64,000 nt of DNA from Balanoglossus misakiensis (taxonomy: Eukaryota; Animalia; Hemichordata). The DNA lies in contig CM082581.2 in assembly GCA_040954595.2 (NCBI GenBank), positions 13,403,921 to 13,467,920 on the forward strand. The letters are read 5' to 3'. Made by a program: the position numbers and the translations under genes. The notes under the pieces were generated by a model. It was not told where the DNA came from. It did no database searches and worked only from the letters and a program-made list of their open reading frames with translations. How positions within the stretch are numbered: position 1 is the stretch's first letter; each line of letters starts with the position of its first letter. Shown here piece by piece: positions 1 to 14,663 of this stretch.

Positions 1-400
1 ATTACTCCAACGTATTTCGCCTCAATGAAACCGATACACACAAAACCCCCACTCAACTCACATCTATTAGCAGAATATCTATTCTAACAATCCCTGGGCC
101 ACTTTTAAGAAGGACACTTACTACGCCAACAGCTCTCCCTTTGGAATTTCCCTGACAGCAACGATCACGTTAGAGCATCGTTCATCTGTCACCTCTCATA
201 GAAAGTTGTAACAAACCACAAAAATAAGTTTTCTGAAAAACACGACAGTGTACAATCACCCTCACCTCCATTACGCCTGTTAAAGTGTTAAAAGCCACTC
301 CCAATACGCAGCACAGATTTCACTTTTGACTGGTCACTTCCATTCGATTATTCAAGCCTTTTTATGCCTGACTGCTCCTCTATTTTGTACAAATAACTTG
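1..400 (+). mobile_element. Possible decayed 3' end of a CR1/L2-like LINE
   Basis: Allowing one frameshift, ~100-210 reads TFKKDTYYANS/LWNSLTATITLEHRSSVTSHRKL*, resembling the LWNxLPxxI..S...FKxxL C-terminus of LINE ORF2. C/A-rich composition. Based on motif recognition only. Confidence 0.35.
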
Positions 401-1606
401 CTCCTCGCCACCACTGTCATAGGAAAGCTCTATCATGAAACACTCAAGGATACAACATACAAAACAGACCCGTTCGTATAGGACAAAATTTTGGACAAAA
501 CTTGCTAATTTTTTCCTATAACCCCTTTCCAGGTATAAGCGCTATCAGCTATCACTTTCAATTATGGATTTTGATTGATAACGCCTATAAATACACCAAT
601 GCTCACTGAGCAGTCGAGGTTCATTAATTGATAAGGCGCTAGCGTCCAAACTCCAATAAATAATACAGGTTGCATGAGAAAATGCAACTTTATCAGTGGG
701 TGAACACTAAACAAAAGGTCGTAGCTATAAAATAGCAATTATATCTTATTTATTAAACAGCATATATTTTAGGCAAAGCAGATATTTACAACTGGTATGG
801 GAAATCTGCCAAAATATGACATTGTCAGCATTTTGAAAATGCCTTTCTCATTGACAAGCGGGAAGGGTTTGAACATCACTTAAACCGGTGAAAACTGAAA
901 TTGTCTCAGTCGATTTAGGCATGAGATAATCACTCAAGCCATGAAACAGATTAGTATAAGTGTTGATTGTAAAGAAAATAATACACAGACTCTATGCAAA
1001 TTCATCTCAAAAAAGCAGTCAGAGTGCCGACCAATATCTGAATGACCTCGTGTACATTAATTATTCGGCGCGCAACACCTGGTGTAAGACATGACCAATC
1101 CCGACGCACACGCTGTTTTCCTGTTAGCCAATTAACAATTAGAGCTTCACCAGGTGCTGTTTTGCATGTGCCACCCATACCCATGAGAATTTCCGTTGTG
1201 AAATAGTGTGCTTGATGACGATGGCATGGATGGTGTATTCTTTCTGGACCAGAAAACGCATTAAAAAGTGAAACAGAAAAACATCGGAGGATGCTGAGGA
1301 CGACTTGTTGTTCCTGGATTTGAGAGAACTTCCCGGAGAATATTTGCAGAACTGTATGTCGGAGGAAATTGCCATTCCATCAAGTTTGTCGAAGTCTGAC
1401 CCATCAAGCAACAGGTACAGGTGAGCACATAGGCCTTCCGCCATGTTATGTTAGTGATAACATGGCACGATTACAAGCTCATACTCCCCGAGAACAAGAT
1501 GGCGACCCGTCACATTCATTGCACACGTGCAACCTATGAAGACCGTAATTCGTTGCTATATCTTTTTCTAGGGAATAGTAAATAGTAATCGTGGCTTGTT
1601 ACAAAC

Positions 1607-1784
1607 TACTGTAAAACACTTTATTTTCGCGAGCAATTATTTTTCGCCAAATACGCGAGAGCCAAAATAGCGTAAATTGTTTTTGAAGATAACGATGCAG
1701 TGAATGAAATAAGAGAACGCGAAAAAGTGGCCTCTCTCGATATCGCGAAAAATTTAACTCGCGAAAATAAAGTGGTTTACAGTA
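1607..1784. mobile_element. TA-flanked MITE (non-autonomous DNA transposon, Tc1/mariner-like ends), copy 1
   Basis: 27-bp terminal inverted repeat TACTGTAAAACACTTTATTTTCGCGAG ... CTCGCGAAAATAAAGTGGTTTACAGTA (1 mismatch), with internal CGCGAAAA sub-repeats. Confidence 0.85.
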
Positions 1785-2127
1785 TGTTGTTTATATGTCC
1801 CTTGTTTATATTGTTCGGCATTTGAGCTAGCAATGGCAAATGCCCCCAAGAGGAGCAGCATCTATGATAATGCACCCCGCGTGGTAAACTTGTTTAGCAT
1901 CGCGACTGCGGAAAAACGTCGTCTAGCTGAAACAGGTACAGGTGAGCACATAGGCCTTCCGCCATATTATGTTAATGATAACGTGGCACGATTACAAGCT
2001 CATACTCCCCGAGAACAAGATGGCGACCCGTCACATTCATGGCACACGTGTAACCTACGAAGAATGTAATTCGTTGCTATATCTTGTTCTGGGGAATAGT
2101 AAATAGTAATCGTGGCTTGTTATAAAC

Positions 2128-2335
2128 TACTGTAACTTTATTTTCGCGAGCAATTATTTTTCGCCAAATACGCGAGACCCAAAATAGCATGAAAATAAAA
2201 AGTCGCGTAAATTGTTTTTGAAGATAACGATGCAGTGAATGAAACAAGAGAACGCGAAAATTAATACTTGCGAAACGGTGGCCTCTCGCGATATCGCGAA
2301 AAATTTAACTCACGAAAATAAAGTGTTTTACAGTA
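2128..2335. mobile_element. Same MITE, copy 2 (inside the second duplication unit)
   Basis: TACTGTAA--CTTTATTTTCGCGAG ... CTCACGAAAATAAAGTGTTTTACAGTA. Longer internally than copy 1. Confidence 0.85.
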
Positions 2336-5300
2336 TGTTGTTTATATGTCCTTTGTTTATATTGTTCGGCATTTGATCTTGCAATGACAAATGCCCCGCA
2401 GACGAACAGCGTCTATGATAATGCACCCCGCGTGGTAAACTTAGTTTAGCATCGCGACTGTGGCAAAACGTCGTCTAGTTGAAACTGTCTTAGCCAGAAT
2501 GTGCACTTGTTAACCGCCTCCTGTATCGTCTCGCTGATACGCAATGTACTTTGTTCATAAAAGACTTGTATCGCGAAAATGGCAGCCATTGGTCAGAAAT
2601 GTCACCACAATGCGCATCGCCATGGCGGCGATTCTCGCAAGTGGCTTCACACCATGAAACAGTTGCTGTGATCACCTGTAGCTTGATTACCATCCCCAAG
2701 TGTTAATTTCAATCACTACCAATAGCCTTGTCTAGTAATTGTAAGTCGTTAACCTGTACGTATCCGTAAACACCGATCCACTCCCTTGTGAACATAATCT
2801 ACGCCTGTACATATTGGATGCAGATTTTTAACGTTACTTATCATGGGCATAAAACCTGCTTCTTCTTCTCATTTAGTTAAACCGTGTCTACATTATTGTA
2901 GGCTTGTTGTTAATGTATAATTGAATCCCTTCCATAGTATTCAACGATCATTATCAAAGGAACAAATCAAGAAACCAAGTATTCTAATTAACAGTTAGCT
3001 AAAGTGCCAATAGTTAAAATGTCTGATGATGTCTTGACCTCGCAAGGATTTCTCCGCAATCAGACATTCAACAAGATTGTAGTCGTTAAAATTAGCTATG
3101 TATTTTTCCGAGTGAGAAATTCAACAACAAACTTAAGGTCATCGCCAAATTAAGGTCACAAGACTTTGCTTCTCGTCATGATGTAATCCTTGGCGACTGT
3201 TACATTTTATTGGCTATGAGGTTGAAGTTGCTGTTAAACTGAGTGTTGTTTATTTGCGTCCAAGTCCTTTTATGACCGTATTCTGGTGCATTTTTTCAGG
3301 TGAAAATTTGCAGTGGGTAGTTCTCTGCGTTCCATGGTAATTGTCGTCAATTTTACATAGGTGACCGTACATCTTTAATACCAGTATATAGCAAACACAG
3401 AAAGTATCAATAAGTCGAAATGTTTATAGGGCAGAATAGGAAATGTACCTGAAACCTTAAAGATTTATGAGCTATGGACGATGTGTTATCTCTATGTGGA
3501 AATTCTGGTTATAATTCGTTGTTGTTTCGCCATCTTGCCTTTGTTGTAACGTGCATATTGGGTTTGGAAGTGTATCACCAATGTACATAGTATATAGACA
3601 GTGCCACTGTGATGTATTTAAATCTGGATGAATGGTATGGCAGATTTTGAGTGCAGTTTATATTTTGGGTGATCGTAAAACTCGGTGGATACAGTTCCCG
3701 CGTTATTTTGTTATCGTTTACAAAAAGATCACGTGATCAATATTTTGCCACTTCTGGCGAAAGCTTCTCCAATGTGTTTGATTTCCTCACACTTGAGCTT
3801 GTGTGAGAGTGCTTCAAAGTTTCCTTTTAAATTAGGGAATTGAATCACGTCCACGACTTGTTTTATTTTCACAAAGGAATTATGATGAACCCGTACAATT
3901 TCCGCATTACACTAAATTAAATATGACAAAGCCATCTGAACGCCGACATGATGTGCAGCCGCGGGTGAAGAGGAAAATCTAATTTCTTTGACGTTGACGT
4001 ATGTAGGAAGTTCTTTCCTATGTTTCTTTCAAATGCCATTGGAAATTGCTTGACTCCTAACATTGTTTGTCGTTTCCTCTCTGCGTCACATCAAGTTGCT
4101 TTTGGTTTTATCTGTCGGCTCTCTTACAAAATCACTGACAGCTTATGATTCGAGATAAAGCGTAAATATTAATCATGGTAATCATCTAATTTTTCTTCAA
4201 TTTAAGTCAGCCCACGCCAGACTGGGAAAAGGACTTTCAATCTTAGCGATGAGTCAGTTTTATGTGTAAAATTAGTGATATATGACACGGCTTGCATTTG
4301 CCTTAAAGAAACAGTCCATGTTAGGCCTACAGCGAGACTATGATAGGTTTAGAACATAATTTCAACGTTAAGTCCGAACTATCGCTTCTGATTTTTTAAA
4401 CATTTCCATCCTGTGTCAAAGTCAGTTGCTCTACTTAATTAACTGACAAAAATTATCATGATTTAATTTGAAGACTGCAACCCTGCTGCGCATGTGCTGG
4501 ACAGCCGAGGAACAAAAATGGAGGCAGACAAAAAAGGGCAGCTGACGAATACCTCCCTTCAAACAACGCAATGTACTTAAAGATTCCTCCGCTATCTCTG
4601 ACTATAAAAAGGCAACTTCCTTGGGTGTACTTTATCACAGTTTATAGCCATTTACAGTTCATTCGAAAAATGTTCTGGGCTTATTCATGCCCACTCAAAC
4701 GTTTACAGTGGTCACTAGGGAACGCCGGCCCCATACGTGAGATGCTTCGCAAACGATACCAGGTTCCCTGTTCATTACTTGGGTACACCTGTAGGTTCCC
4801 TGAAGCCTCCATCTGACATTCAACTCAAGGGTCACAATATCGGGTTCAGCTTTTGAGCACGTAAAAAACATTCATATTGGAAAATTTCCATTTGGTGAGG
4901 CATATATGCTCTCTAATGTATATTGTAATAGACACATTGCTTCATCTCAGGACCTCGAATTCCAAAACAGACGGACAAACCCCCCAACCACTCACTTTCC
5001 ATGTTCCTATCTTCCTATAAGAAAATGCCAAGGAACTTTGTTCATTGTTTTACAGCATACAATCACTTTTCCTTTTATGTGGTTATCTCCCTTCTTCATC
5101 CAGAAGGGAGATTGCACGGAGATCGGACTAAGATAACACAGACGCAGTGAGTGGCAATCGTAAAACACTGAGCAAAGTATCTTGGTGTTTTCCAAGGGAG
5201 ATGGGAAAGTTGCAAGGTAAATGGATAGTGTTTTACCAACTTTAAGTATTATATGACACTAGCTGTAAATGCGTAGAATAGAAAGCAAGTATAAGCAATG

Positions 5301-5934
5301 TGCAACACCCATTATGACATTAATACGAGTGTTGTATATATAAAAAAGATTTCTTTTTTAAACTTTGATTTCTGCAACAAAATGCTATATTATTTTATCA
5401 CAGTAAGCACCGCCAGTAAAGGTAATGACCGCGAAAATGCGATGGTCTTGACCGCTCGATGAATGGGCATGACGTCAAAATGCAATTAAACGGCAATTAC
5501 CTCGATCCACTTTGAAAAGATTATTAACCCTTACAATGCCATAGACTTTTATGCACTGCTACTCCCCATTGCCAAGATATTTTCAGAACATACCAAAGAT
5601 ATGTTTCATCTATTTGAACTGACTGTAGCTCTCTGTCTGTTTGAAAAAACCCTGTAAACCCTATATGAATTTCCATCTACATAAAACGGAGAAGCCAACA
5701 GTTAAGATCTCATCCCTCTATCGCAGACAATTCGCTCGCTTTCACATCATTATTCTTATATAGTAATGACTTCCCGTGTCAGATTTGCATCATGATTGCT
5801 TGAATTACTCCTGTCCATCCAGAAAATGATGGGATGCTAAGAAAACACAGCTTGTATTCGACAAAATTAACTCACGTACTCTGTAAATATTGCTTAACGT
5901 GTGAGAATCAGAGTTAGAGTTAGAGATGGAGATG

Positions 5935-5951
5935 GAGAGAGAGAGAGAGAG
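5935..5951 (+). repeat. (GA)n microsatellite
   Basis: About 8 units, preceded by GAGTTA/GAGATG hexamer variants. Confidence 0.85.
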
Positions 5952-7170
5952 TCATATTATATCTATCAACACAATTGACAAAATATGAGACGGTACGTTC
6001 CAGCGCCAATCAGCAGTATTTCGCTTCTCCTCTCTCAAATGAACTTAAAACATTTCCGCGTAAATCAAATCGACTTTAGCGAAAATAAAAAGAAACATCG
6101 GATGCATTCAGGACATAAATATGAGTTAGAGGCTTATAAATTCAACATATGCCATAAACAATATTCTCAATATACTTGTGTGGGTTGCCCCGATTGGACT
6201 ATAAATGGAAATTATTGCACCCATAATATGTCATCTTTTACCTGAAAGAAGTATTTCTTCATAGTAGTACTTGCATGTGTGTAGTGAAGGGCCATTCAAG
6301 CCACAACGAGCACCCTAATGATGGAACTGGTGCAGGTTAATGATATAGGGCTTCTTCAAAATGCATTAAACTGTTCAGGTGTCGAGGGAGTCTTTTTACA
6401 GGATTCCCGCCGGCAGTTCGCCGGGTCTACGTAGACGCCTTTGTTGAAGAAAGAAGCGAGGGTGAATTGCTTTAGAGTACTGTACAGTAAATATTTCCCT
6501 AAATTCACAGCTAGTAAAATTCTTTATGTGCATCTAAACGTTTTCAAACCTAAAGGAGGGAATTTTTATAACGTATCATAATGCGGCGCGGCATCTAACA
6601 AAAAGAATACAAAATCTAACAGACTGAAACCCTTGTCAAAATAACGTTGACCATGTACAATGATTTGGATATTTTTCTTTGACATCTGGTGACGAAAATA
6701 GTTAAACAACTTCCAAATGTTGATACAACAGTTACCCATCTCAGCTTTTCTATACTGTTCAATGATGTTCCCGACAGCCATCTGTCAGCGAAGTCGATGA
6801 GCTTTACAGTCAAGTGTTGCCCCATAAATTTCTGGGAAAGAAAATTGCCAGCACATTATTTTTGGGAGGGATTAGGTATGCAATGAGCAATTATTTTGGT
6901 AAATTTCTTCTGTTAAAACACCAATAAATAATCTTTCGACTATAATTTTATCCGCTGATTGCATTGCAAAAGCTTCACCAGGCTTATGTTTTATATTACC
7001 TATTTCCGGTGGATATTATTTCACTTTAGTTTGAAATTATTTCTGGTCACGGACCATTACAGTTTCTAATCATGTGGTACAGCATTTAACGAGCACGCAG
7101 TACGATGATGCAAGTGTCTGCATTGCATTAAATATAAAGCTAAACTGAAACTATACTTAGCTGCAGTATA

Positions 7171-7218
7171 CAATACAACACAGCACAGCACAACTCAACT
7201 CAACACAACACAGAACAG
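7171..7218 (+). repeat. Degenerate pentanucleotide repeat (CAACA/CAGCA/CAACT)
   Basis: caata caaca cagca cagca caact caact caaca caaca cagaa. Confidence 0.8.
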
Positions 7219-10200
7219 TATAATAATTGTTCCATTTTACAGGTCACGCCAAACTTTGAGGCAAGTGATAATATATTAAATGATGCAGTACATGCAACTA
7301 AAACGAATGAAATTGCAAACCTACTAGTACTTGTCAATCATCTTTCTTCGATTCTCCATATCACTTGAATTCTAAAGGGGTATTGGGAAACGGGAAATGA
7401 AAGAGAAAGACTCGGACTATCTTAGCGCCCTCTCCAGTCGGGATCAAATGTTTCAGGTACATTTATTGCAGTGTAAAGAGAATATGTCGACGTTATTGCC
7501 GTCTTGATAATGGATTTTCAAGGAAACGCCCGCTTTCGCTTGTTTGTTTCCAATCGGTTTGTTTCAAATGACACCTCCAAGCGACACAGAGTGTGAATCG
7601 GAAACTCAGAGACGCAGATAAACGAAGAAGCCCTCGAGATACAAATACACCGTTGGTGGCGGCATTGTTTTGCAACATACACGAAGCCCATGACAGAACA
7701 GTTTGATGCCAGTGATGTCAGACTTTTGATAGACATTTAGTGTGGAAGCACAAGACGTTTACAGATGAAATTAAAATTTAATTCTCCCTGAAACAATTTT
7801 CTTTTCTGAGCCAGCTGTAATACCAGCATGAAGTAGTGATCCAACTAGGGAAGAAACTACCAACTGGCCTATATAGGACCACTGATACTTATCACGGAAA
7901 TCTGTCAAGCAGTTTCAGAGAAGAAAGTTTTAAAAACGGCAAAAATTAACCCAAAACTACTAATATAAAAATTTCATCACAATGTGAACAAACTTTACTT
8001 AGCATACAATTTATAGGTGAGACGTTCGTGTCCATGATAAACAAAACTATTAGACTCGGTCGTCCCAAAACAAACCTGAAAACTACACCAGTCCGATCGA
8101 TTGAAAAATTACTATGCTCGTTGTTATTGGTATCCATCTGAGGGAGGCATATTGGATTGCGGAGCCCATATAAATAAATTCAACCTTTTGATCTGCACAG
8201 TCCATAGGTCGACATCATTATTTATACCCATTAGTGTCTTATGCGATATTTCGTAGCAGAGTTGAAAATGGTTAACATTTATGGCTGACATTTTGATGGG
8301 AGGTTGTCGTGTAGTACACCCACTCTCTGGTCACATCATTTCTTTGTCAAAGAAGGTCATTTTTCATATGATCTTATCTCAGACATGCACGTTGGAACAT
8401 AATATTCTGACATTTGAGGTGTCTTGCAAGCAATATACACGATCAAGGTGCATCCAAGCATACCCGAAGGCATAGAAAAGGTCACATTTGAAAAATAAAC
8501 CTTTGAAGTTACCTGATAACTGGAAATCTCTAGCTTTGAACCGTCGACTGTGTTTTGCAGTCTAACCTCGAACAAGGACAACATACACGAGGGCTATCTC
8601 CTACTACACTAAAAGGTATTTTATCGCGGGCATTAGTAGAATTACGACTTCTCTGGCGCCTGGCTTACGACCTTCATTGACGATACAAATTAAGCGGGAA
8701 AATCGCAGACTTTTCGCATGTTTCCACACGTTCAAGTTTTCGTTACCGATATTATCTTCGGCAGTTATGTGTCTTGATTCGGAATTTATGCGCAAAGGGA
8801 GGAATTTGCCACGACTTTGATGGCGCCTAGCCCGAAGGCCCTGATTTCCAGTAGAGACCCAGATAGCAGACAGTACATGGACACAATTAACCAATATTCA
8901 ATTGTTCTCGCTTGAATAACCCCTTGTAGACAATCGTGTGTCTCCAAACAGACAATGTATTTCTTTAAAAACACTTCCAAATTTTGACCCAGAAAAACAG
9001 ACTACACGCCTTTATCACCTTCTGCAAATTATCTTCAGAATGTTTTTTGTTGTTTAAGAAGTCGATAAGCTTCCTTCCTGTGTTAAGTATATCATCAGTG
9101 CATGTTTGGATGACAATGACTAAGAGCATAAACGTTTAGAGGGTATCCGATACTACGCACCATTTTGACTTATCATCTGCTATTAGAAGTCTCTTTGTAG
9201 CAAACGGTCAATTTATAAAATTCGATGTCAGTTACAACTAGAACGATAGAAGGAATTACTTGTTTGTGAAGATAAATGAGATATTTTGTTACGCGAGTGA
9301 TTTTAAAGGGCGTATTTTTCATAAAGCCATAAATTCTGCTCTAAATTGAAACAAGCAAAAGTGATCCTGTCAAACGATACTCTTATGTGTATTATCAAAG
9401 ATGTTATTGTTGTTTCTCCTGAAAAGAAAAACTAACGTTTACATGGACACGTAATGGTGGTGTGTTCATCATATCCATTGATGTTTGCACGTGTGCCACG
9501 TTGTAGCAAACCATGATTTTCGACTAGTTGTCGTTTCTGAATATTAGTTTATGTGTAGCCTTAAGAGTGTTAGAGCACATGCCTTGTGAATTTGGCTGGG
9601 ATTCACGTAGTAGAGCGTGTGAGCAAAAGGGCGTGGCGTTAGCTCAACATCCACAATACTTATACCCGATCCGAAAACAAAGCTCTCAATAATAACAATT
9701 CTTGCGGGTGTTATGACCAATTTGCCATGATTCTTAATGAATGCAGGACTTATAAACCGTGTGCTCATGAAAAAGTTGATGCATTTTGGACTTAAGCATG
9801 TTAGCACCACAGTTCGGCTACCTGCCGATGATTTCTGTCGTAAATTATACATACAAGTCTAAATAATCGCGCTTGTATCAGATAAATATGATATTTCAGT
9901 AAACGTGAACGGCGCTTGAGCCTTTTGACGTGGCTATCGCCATGGAATGTACATTTTAATGACAGGTGCACCATTAAGGAACAAAACAATGTAAATTCGT
10001 GACAAGACACATCTCTTTCCGTCTGCAGTGATAATAATATCCCCGTTTATGGCAATACCTTTGGGCTTCTAAAATAGATTGTCCTGTCGGTGGGGAAAAT
10101 AAGGCGATGACATGTTAAATCTCCTCTCCAATTCTATCCCCAGATAAACTTAAAGACATGTCTCACAAGAACGAGTTTGATTTCTTGTTTTCACGCTCCT

Positions 10201-10773
10201 AGAACTTTGGTGACGTCACCGAGCCCCCTGTTTTGCATGTAGGTGGATGTAGTCTCTATTTTGTGACTCTGCTATCTCGATCAGGATCTGCCATTCTTTA
10301 AGAATGTGGGACTTAAATGACTCTCGCGGGTGGACAATCCATAGAGATGAATGGCAACCAAAGAGAATGGTCATCGCTCACAGAATGCTGCCCCGTGCTG
10401 TAAAGAGGCACTCGCCAAGGAAACTATTTTGTGTTATCAGAATAAAAGATATTCCATGGCGCGAACTAATCATACTAAGCATGAAGCAGGCATCTAAATT
10501 GAGCCTAAGTGTCGGGAAATAAACCCCGGAGTTTACAGTCGAACGTGACGTGCTCTGTGTACTTATAGACGGTTTACGATGCAAATCAACTCTTGCTTTT
10601 GTTCAATGCATGTCATCGTTAGAAAAAATGGCTTTGTTTTCGCCGAAAAACGACACAAAGATACATAAATTGCAAATTGATTGAATGAGAAAGGTTATGA
10701 TGGCGACATCCTATATGTTTGTCAATATACTTAATTTGAGACAGTAAAATACGAAGAAGATATCCGTTACTAG

Positions 10774-10775
10774 AA

Positions 10776-10810
<35 letters not shown>
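10774..10810 (+). repeat. (AAAT)n microsatellite
   Basis: About 9 perfect units. Confidence 0.95.
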
Positions 10811-10813
<3 letters not shown>

Positions 10814-10851
10814 TTAAGTTGACATTGTCAAGGTGATAGCGCGTAGTACAG

Positions 10852-11086
10852 CCGGGATTCAGTAATTTTGCAGAGGTATCGCGACTTTCAGTTTAACATG
10901 TCTGATTTTGTAACTCCGAAGGATAAATCACTTTGTTGTGTCGTCATTATTAAACAATTGGATTTTTTAAAGTTGGCACTCAATAGGTGATAACAACGTC
11001 AATTACAAACCGGGATTCTGTAGTTTCGCTGAGGTATGGCAACTTAAGTGTAACATGTGCGATGTCGGCAACTTTGAAGGATAAAT
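10852..11086 (+). repeat. Diverged direct repeat, ~77 bp x2 (10852-10928, 11010-11086)
   Basis: CCGGGATTC.GTA.TTT.GC.GAGGTAT.GC.ACTT..AGT.TAACATGT...GAAGGATAAAT in both copies, period 158 bp. Confidence 0.75.
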
Positions 11087-11152
11087 TAAACCATAAGTGT
11101 CATATTCATCTTGCTGTTATTGACTACGGTACTTCATTGAAAGACCAGAGAC

Positions 11153-11470
11153 CTTCAAGGTATCGTGGTCCTCGAGAGTCTTCTGGCGAGGAAATGAATT
11201 ATTTTAAAATGAGTACTGTAGCGCTTCTGATTTTTAGAGATGAGCCACGAGTATCCACTTACAGAGTGTGAGCCCATTCAGCATTTACCTCGAACATTTA
11301 CGTATAATTGCTCAAGACAGCTTCAGATTATTCTTTCTTAAAATTGAAAATAAAAATTTCGCCTCACCCTGGAAATTTTTGAATGAGAGAACTAATATGT
11401 CTCAAATTTGTAAGGTTTGGAGGGATATCATTCTTCTGAAAACATGTCCCTGAGGTGCATACTACCATAA
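11153..11470. mobile_element. Decayed MITE-like element
   Basis: The right end TGAGGTGCATACTACCATAA is an imperfect inverted repeat of the left end TCAAGGTATCGTGGTCCTCG. Its reverse complement closely matches TTAAGGCAGTACGCACCTTA near 59964, implying a dispersed family. Confidence 0.4.
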
Positions 11471-14400
11471 CTCGAGACAATGGGTTTTACTCAAGGATTT
11501 CAAACCATGATAGATCCAGATGGTGGAAAAATTCTAGGTTGTCAACCGTGCCTTAAAATTTTACCCGACTCTCACCCGCTTTTATACACTTCGCCTTTAA
11601 ATTTGAACAATTGCTTTCCCCATTTTCACCTGCCCCGTAATTTAGTGCTGCAATTTAGTCTCAACTGGCAGATAGCTGTGTGATGTCACAGGTTTCCTGT
11701 TAGTTCCAAAAACTGCAAGGTGTACACGTGCTACCATGCAACAAAGTCATCAGGAAATGAAAGATTCCGCCAAGTAATGATGAAAACTGTCTTGGGAATT
11801 GGAGAGAGATAAACACATGTACTGGTTCAAATAGCTGTCTCAGTGTCAAGGCCACCTTTAATTTTAAGGTGCTGTTATCGCCATGTACTCCTTCATTGAT
11901 GTGTGTTTTCCTGCCCGCGGAATATTCCCCATGGGAACATCTTAACATCTATTGGGCGTAGTGTCTAGTATGTTGACATAGCACAAACATTTTCATTTAA
12001 TTTTCGTTTTGCATGTTATTTTTTCCAAACCAAATTGTAGCTACAGGCACGGAATGAACATTTCAAAACATCCCTCTGGAAATTGTCGTTTTGTAATAAG
12101 TACATTTACTGTACAACAGCAAGTGCATATACGGCCAGTTGACTTGATAGAAGACAATATCGTCTCATTTCCTCTCTTTTAAAGAGTGCCTTGGTATTTT
12201 CTATTTTGTAAAGTGCAGAGTCTCTTTCGAACAAAGTGTGAAAGGAAGTAACAGGTTAAGCGCATGGGCATTCTTAATGACATTCATTCTGACATGCGTA
12301 TGGGAAGATGCACTGGCTTCTCCTGACGCAGCTCTGGGTATAGTTTGCAGTACTGCACAGCGTGCTATGGCTAAAGAGATAATCTAATATAGTCTTAAGT
12401 TAGCGCTAATGACTGCCATTTAATGGGTAACAGCCGTTTGTCCGATGTTATGCCGCAGTTGGCTTCGCGATATTTCCCAACTAAGATTATAGCAAAGTAA
12501 ACAGTCCCTTTTCTTTTTAACGCAAAATACTGATATATGCCAATTAACACGTGTGTGTTATAATATCTAGCAGAGTGCATCTATTAGCGTAACTGATGCG
12601 ATGTGTCTCCTGTCCAATAAACGTTGTATGATGTGTGATGTGAAGAATTGCGAAACATTTTAGCGAATTTACGAGATAAATTCAGAGGGCAACTTTCACA
12701 AAGCTCTGTTCCATTATGCCTTAAGTGTCCATTCTTCTGTGAAGACATGCTTATTTTGTGGCTTGTTGAGAGGGACGTCGGCGCCAGTGCCTTATTAAAA
12801 GCAATGGGCACTTCGTCGGTCCTCTTCGATGTGACGACAATGCGACAACTAGCACCTCCTTGGTGTGAAATTTCCCACAATAACCTGACCTTTGACCCTC
12901 TCCTTAGCTGCTCAACTTGAAACAAGCGCTGAATCTTTCATGCATGAAACTACAATCAAGCGTGTTTCAAGTCACGTTCTTCAAGGGAAAATTCTTCTAC
13001 TCAATGTAATATATAGTTGACCTATGAACTCAAGATCGAGTTAGTTTCCCCTAACAATCGTCCGTGTAATGTCGTAATTCGTCTACCGTGAGATTGAATG
13101 TAAGATTCATCACTGGATTTTTCTAAAAGGGCTTAGCCTTCGATTTCCTGATGATCTACCCCATCAAACACTTCTATCGCTCACTTTAAACATGAGGCTG
13201 AGATAAAAAGAACATAGACCCTAGATTTCTCGCACACTCAACTATCCCAATGCATACACACTGCATATAATTGAGTGAATGTTGTTTCTGTTTGCTGCAT
13301 ACAAAATCGTCATATTCCGGCCCATTTATTCCGCGTGATATCAGGAGAAATACCCCAAAGGTAAATATTCGGGTAGAAACTGAATACGTGCTTTATTCCC
13401 CGGTTTCAAGGATTCTCTACAAATTTACAAAAAAAAAATTGATCACAAAGCGGAGGAATACCGCAAAGTCATCGACCCCCCTCCCCCTTCCACCATAAGC
13501 TAGTCCACGTTCAGTCGTAGTATCAGCCATTTGTAATTTGTAATATAGACCGATACTCCCTCTCAAGTATTTAAAATATATGGAGTGATTCAACAGAGCA
13601 AAAGATAAGAAAATGTAAATGTTGTATCACTATTTCAAAATTTAAAGGAAAGTGGAACTAAATCAATCCCCCTGACCCCCTTGAGGGTACAGTTTCTGTT
13701 GTACTAGTTTTGCCGGTCTGAGATCGTTGATGGCCTGGTATGATGCCCACTGTCCGCTGGTAACCTTTCACATGTAGTCTCAAAAACTTCGGCCTTCGTG
13801 ACCAGCAGTTGCTAATAATACAGTAGGAAACATCAAACTTTTCCACGCATCAGTAAACATGTAAATATGACATTTGACGCTTCCGGAATCCCGTTTGACA
13901 TTCGCTGTTAACCGATCCGGCCTCGTTCCCCTCTCCCTAATTTTCAGATGGGAAAGATAAGATCTTTATTAATCTAGGAAGCGTTTTAAATTCCCTTATC
14001 CAAATTTTCTTACAGTTTCCTCTCATTGCTACTTTGTTTAAAGAGAATTCGATCACAAGTCCGTTTTCACACCTCTTTTTTTATGACAGGTTACCTGGCA
14101 GATATATTAACTGCTCTGATTATAGACGGCTGTTTCTTTTTAGAGAAATAGCGTTCGAGATCTCAATCTTGTTTCTTTGCCGGCTTGATACCTGTTGACA
14201 TGGATAGATATACAAATGTAGATATATCTTCTTTTTGAGATCCAATCTTTTCAAAGCGATTTTCGTACTTAACGCCAAATCGGAATTGTCTGTGGACATC
14301 TGCGTCATGGCTACGTCACTAGACTATTTTGTAACTTTGACGCACAGGTGCCGACATCGTCTCGTAAAGTATATCGTGACATGTGCAGCGCGCGACGATT

Positions 14401-14663
14401 AAATAAACTGTCAGATCAAGTTTTGATTACTTATTATCAAAGTGAGTATCACTTGCGAGACACAATTGAAGTTCTTTTCTCCAAAGGAATAACAATATAT
14501 TTGATATCGGTAGGGTTTTTGGAAAAAACTTACGGCACCACCATAGTGGAAGTTAGCATTAATCGTACAGAGAGTGTCATAAAACAAGAACTTTGATAAC
14601 GGTCTCACCAAGTTGTCGATGGTGATCGGCTTAGACTTCATCCTCGTTGAAATTCGTGGGAGT

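Larger units (their letters stand above)
1410..2485. repeat. Tandem duplication of a ~520-555 bp unit (1410-1933 and 1931-2485)
   Basis: Both units start AACAGGTACAGGTGAGCACATAGGCCTTCCGCCAT and end AAAACGTCGTCTAG[C/T]TGAAAC. They are highly similar throughout, with scattered substitutions and short indels. Confidence 0.95.
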
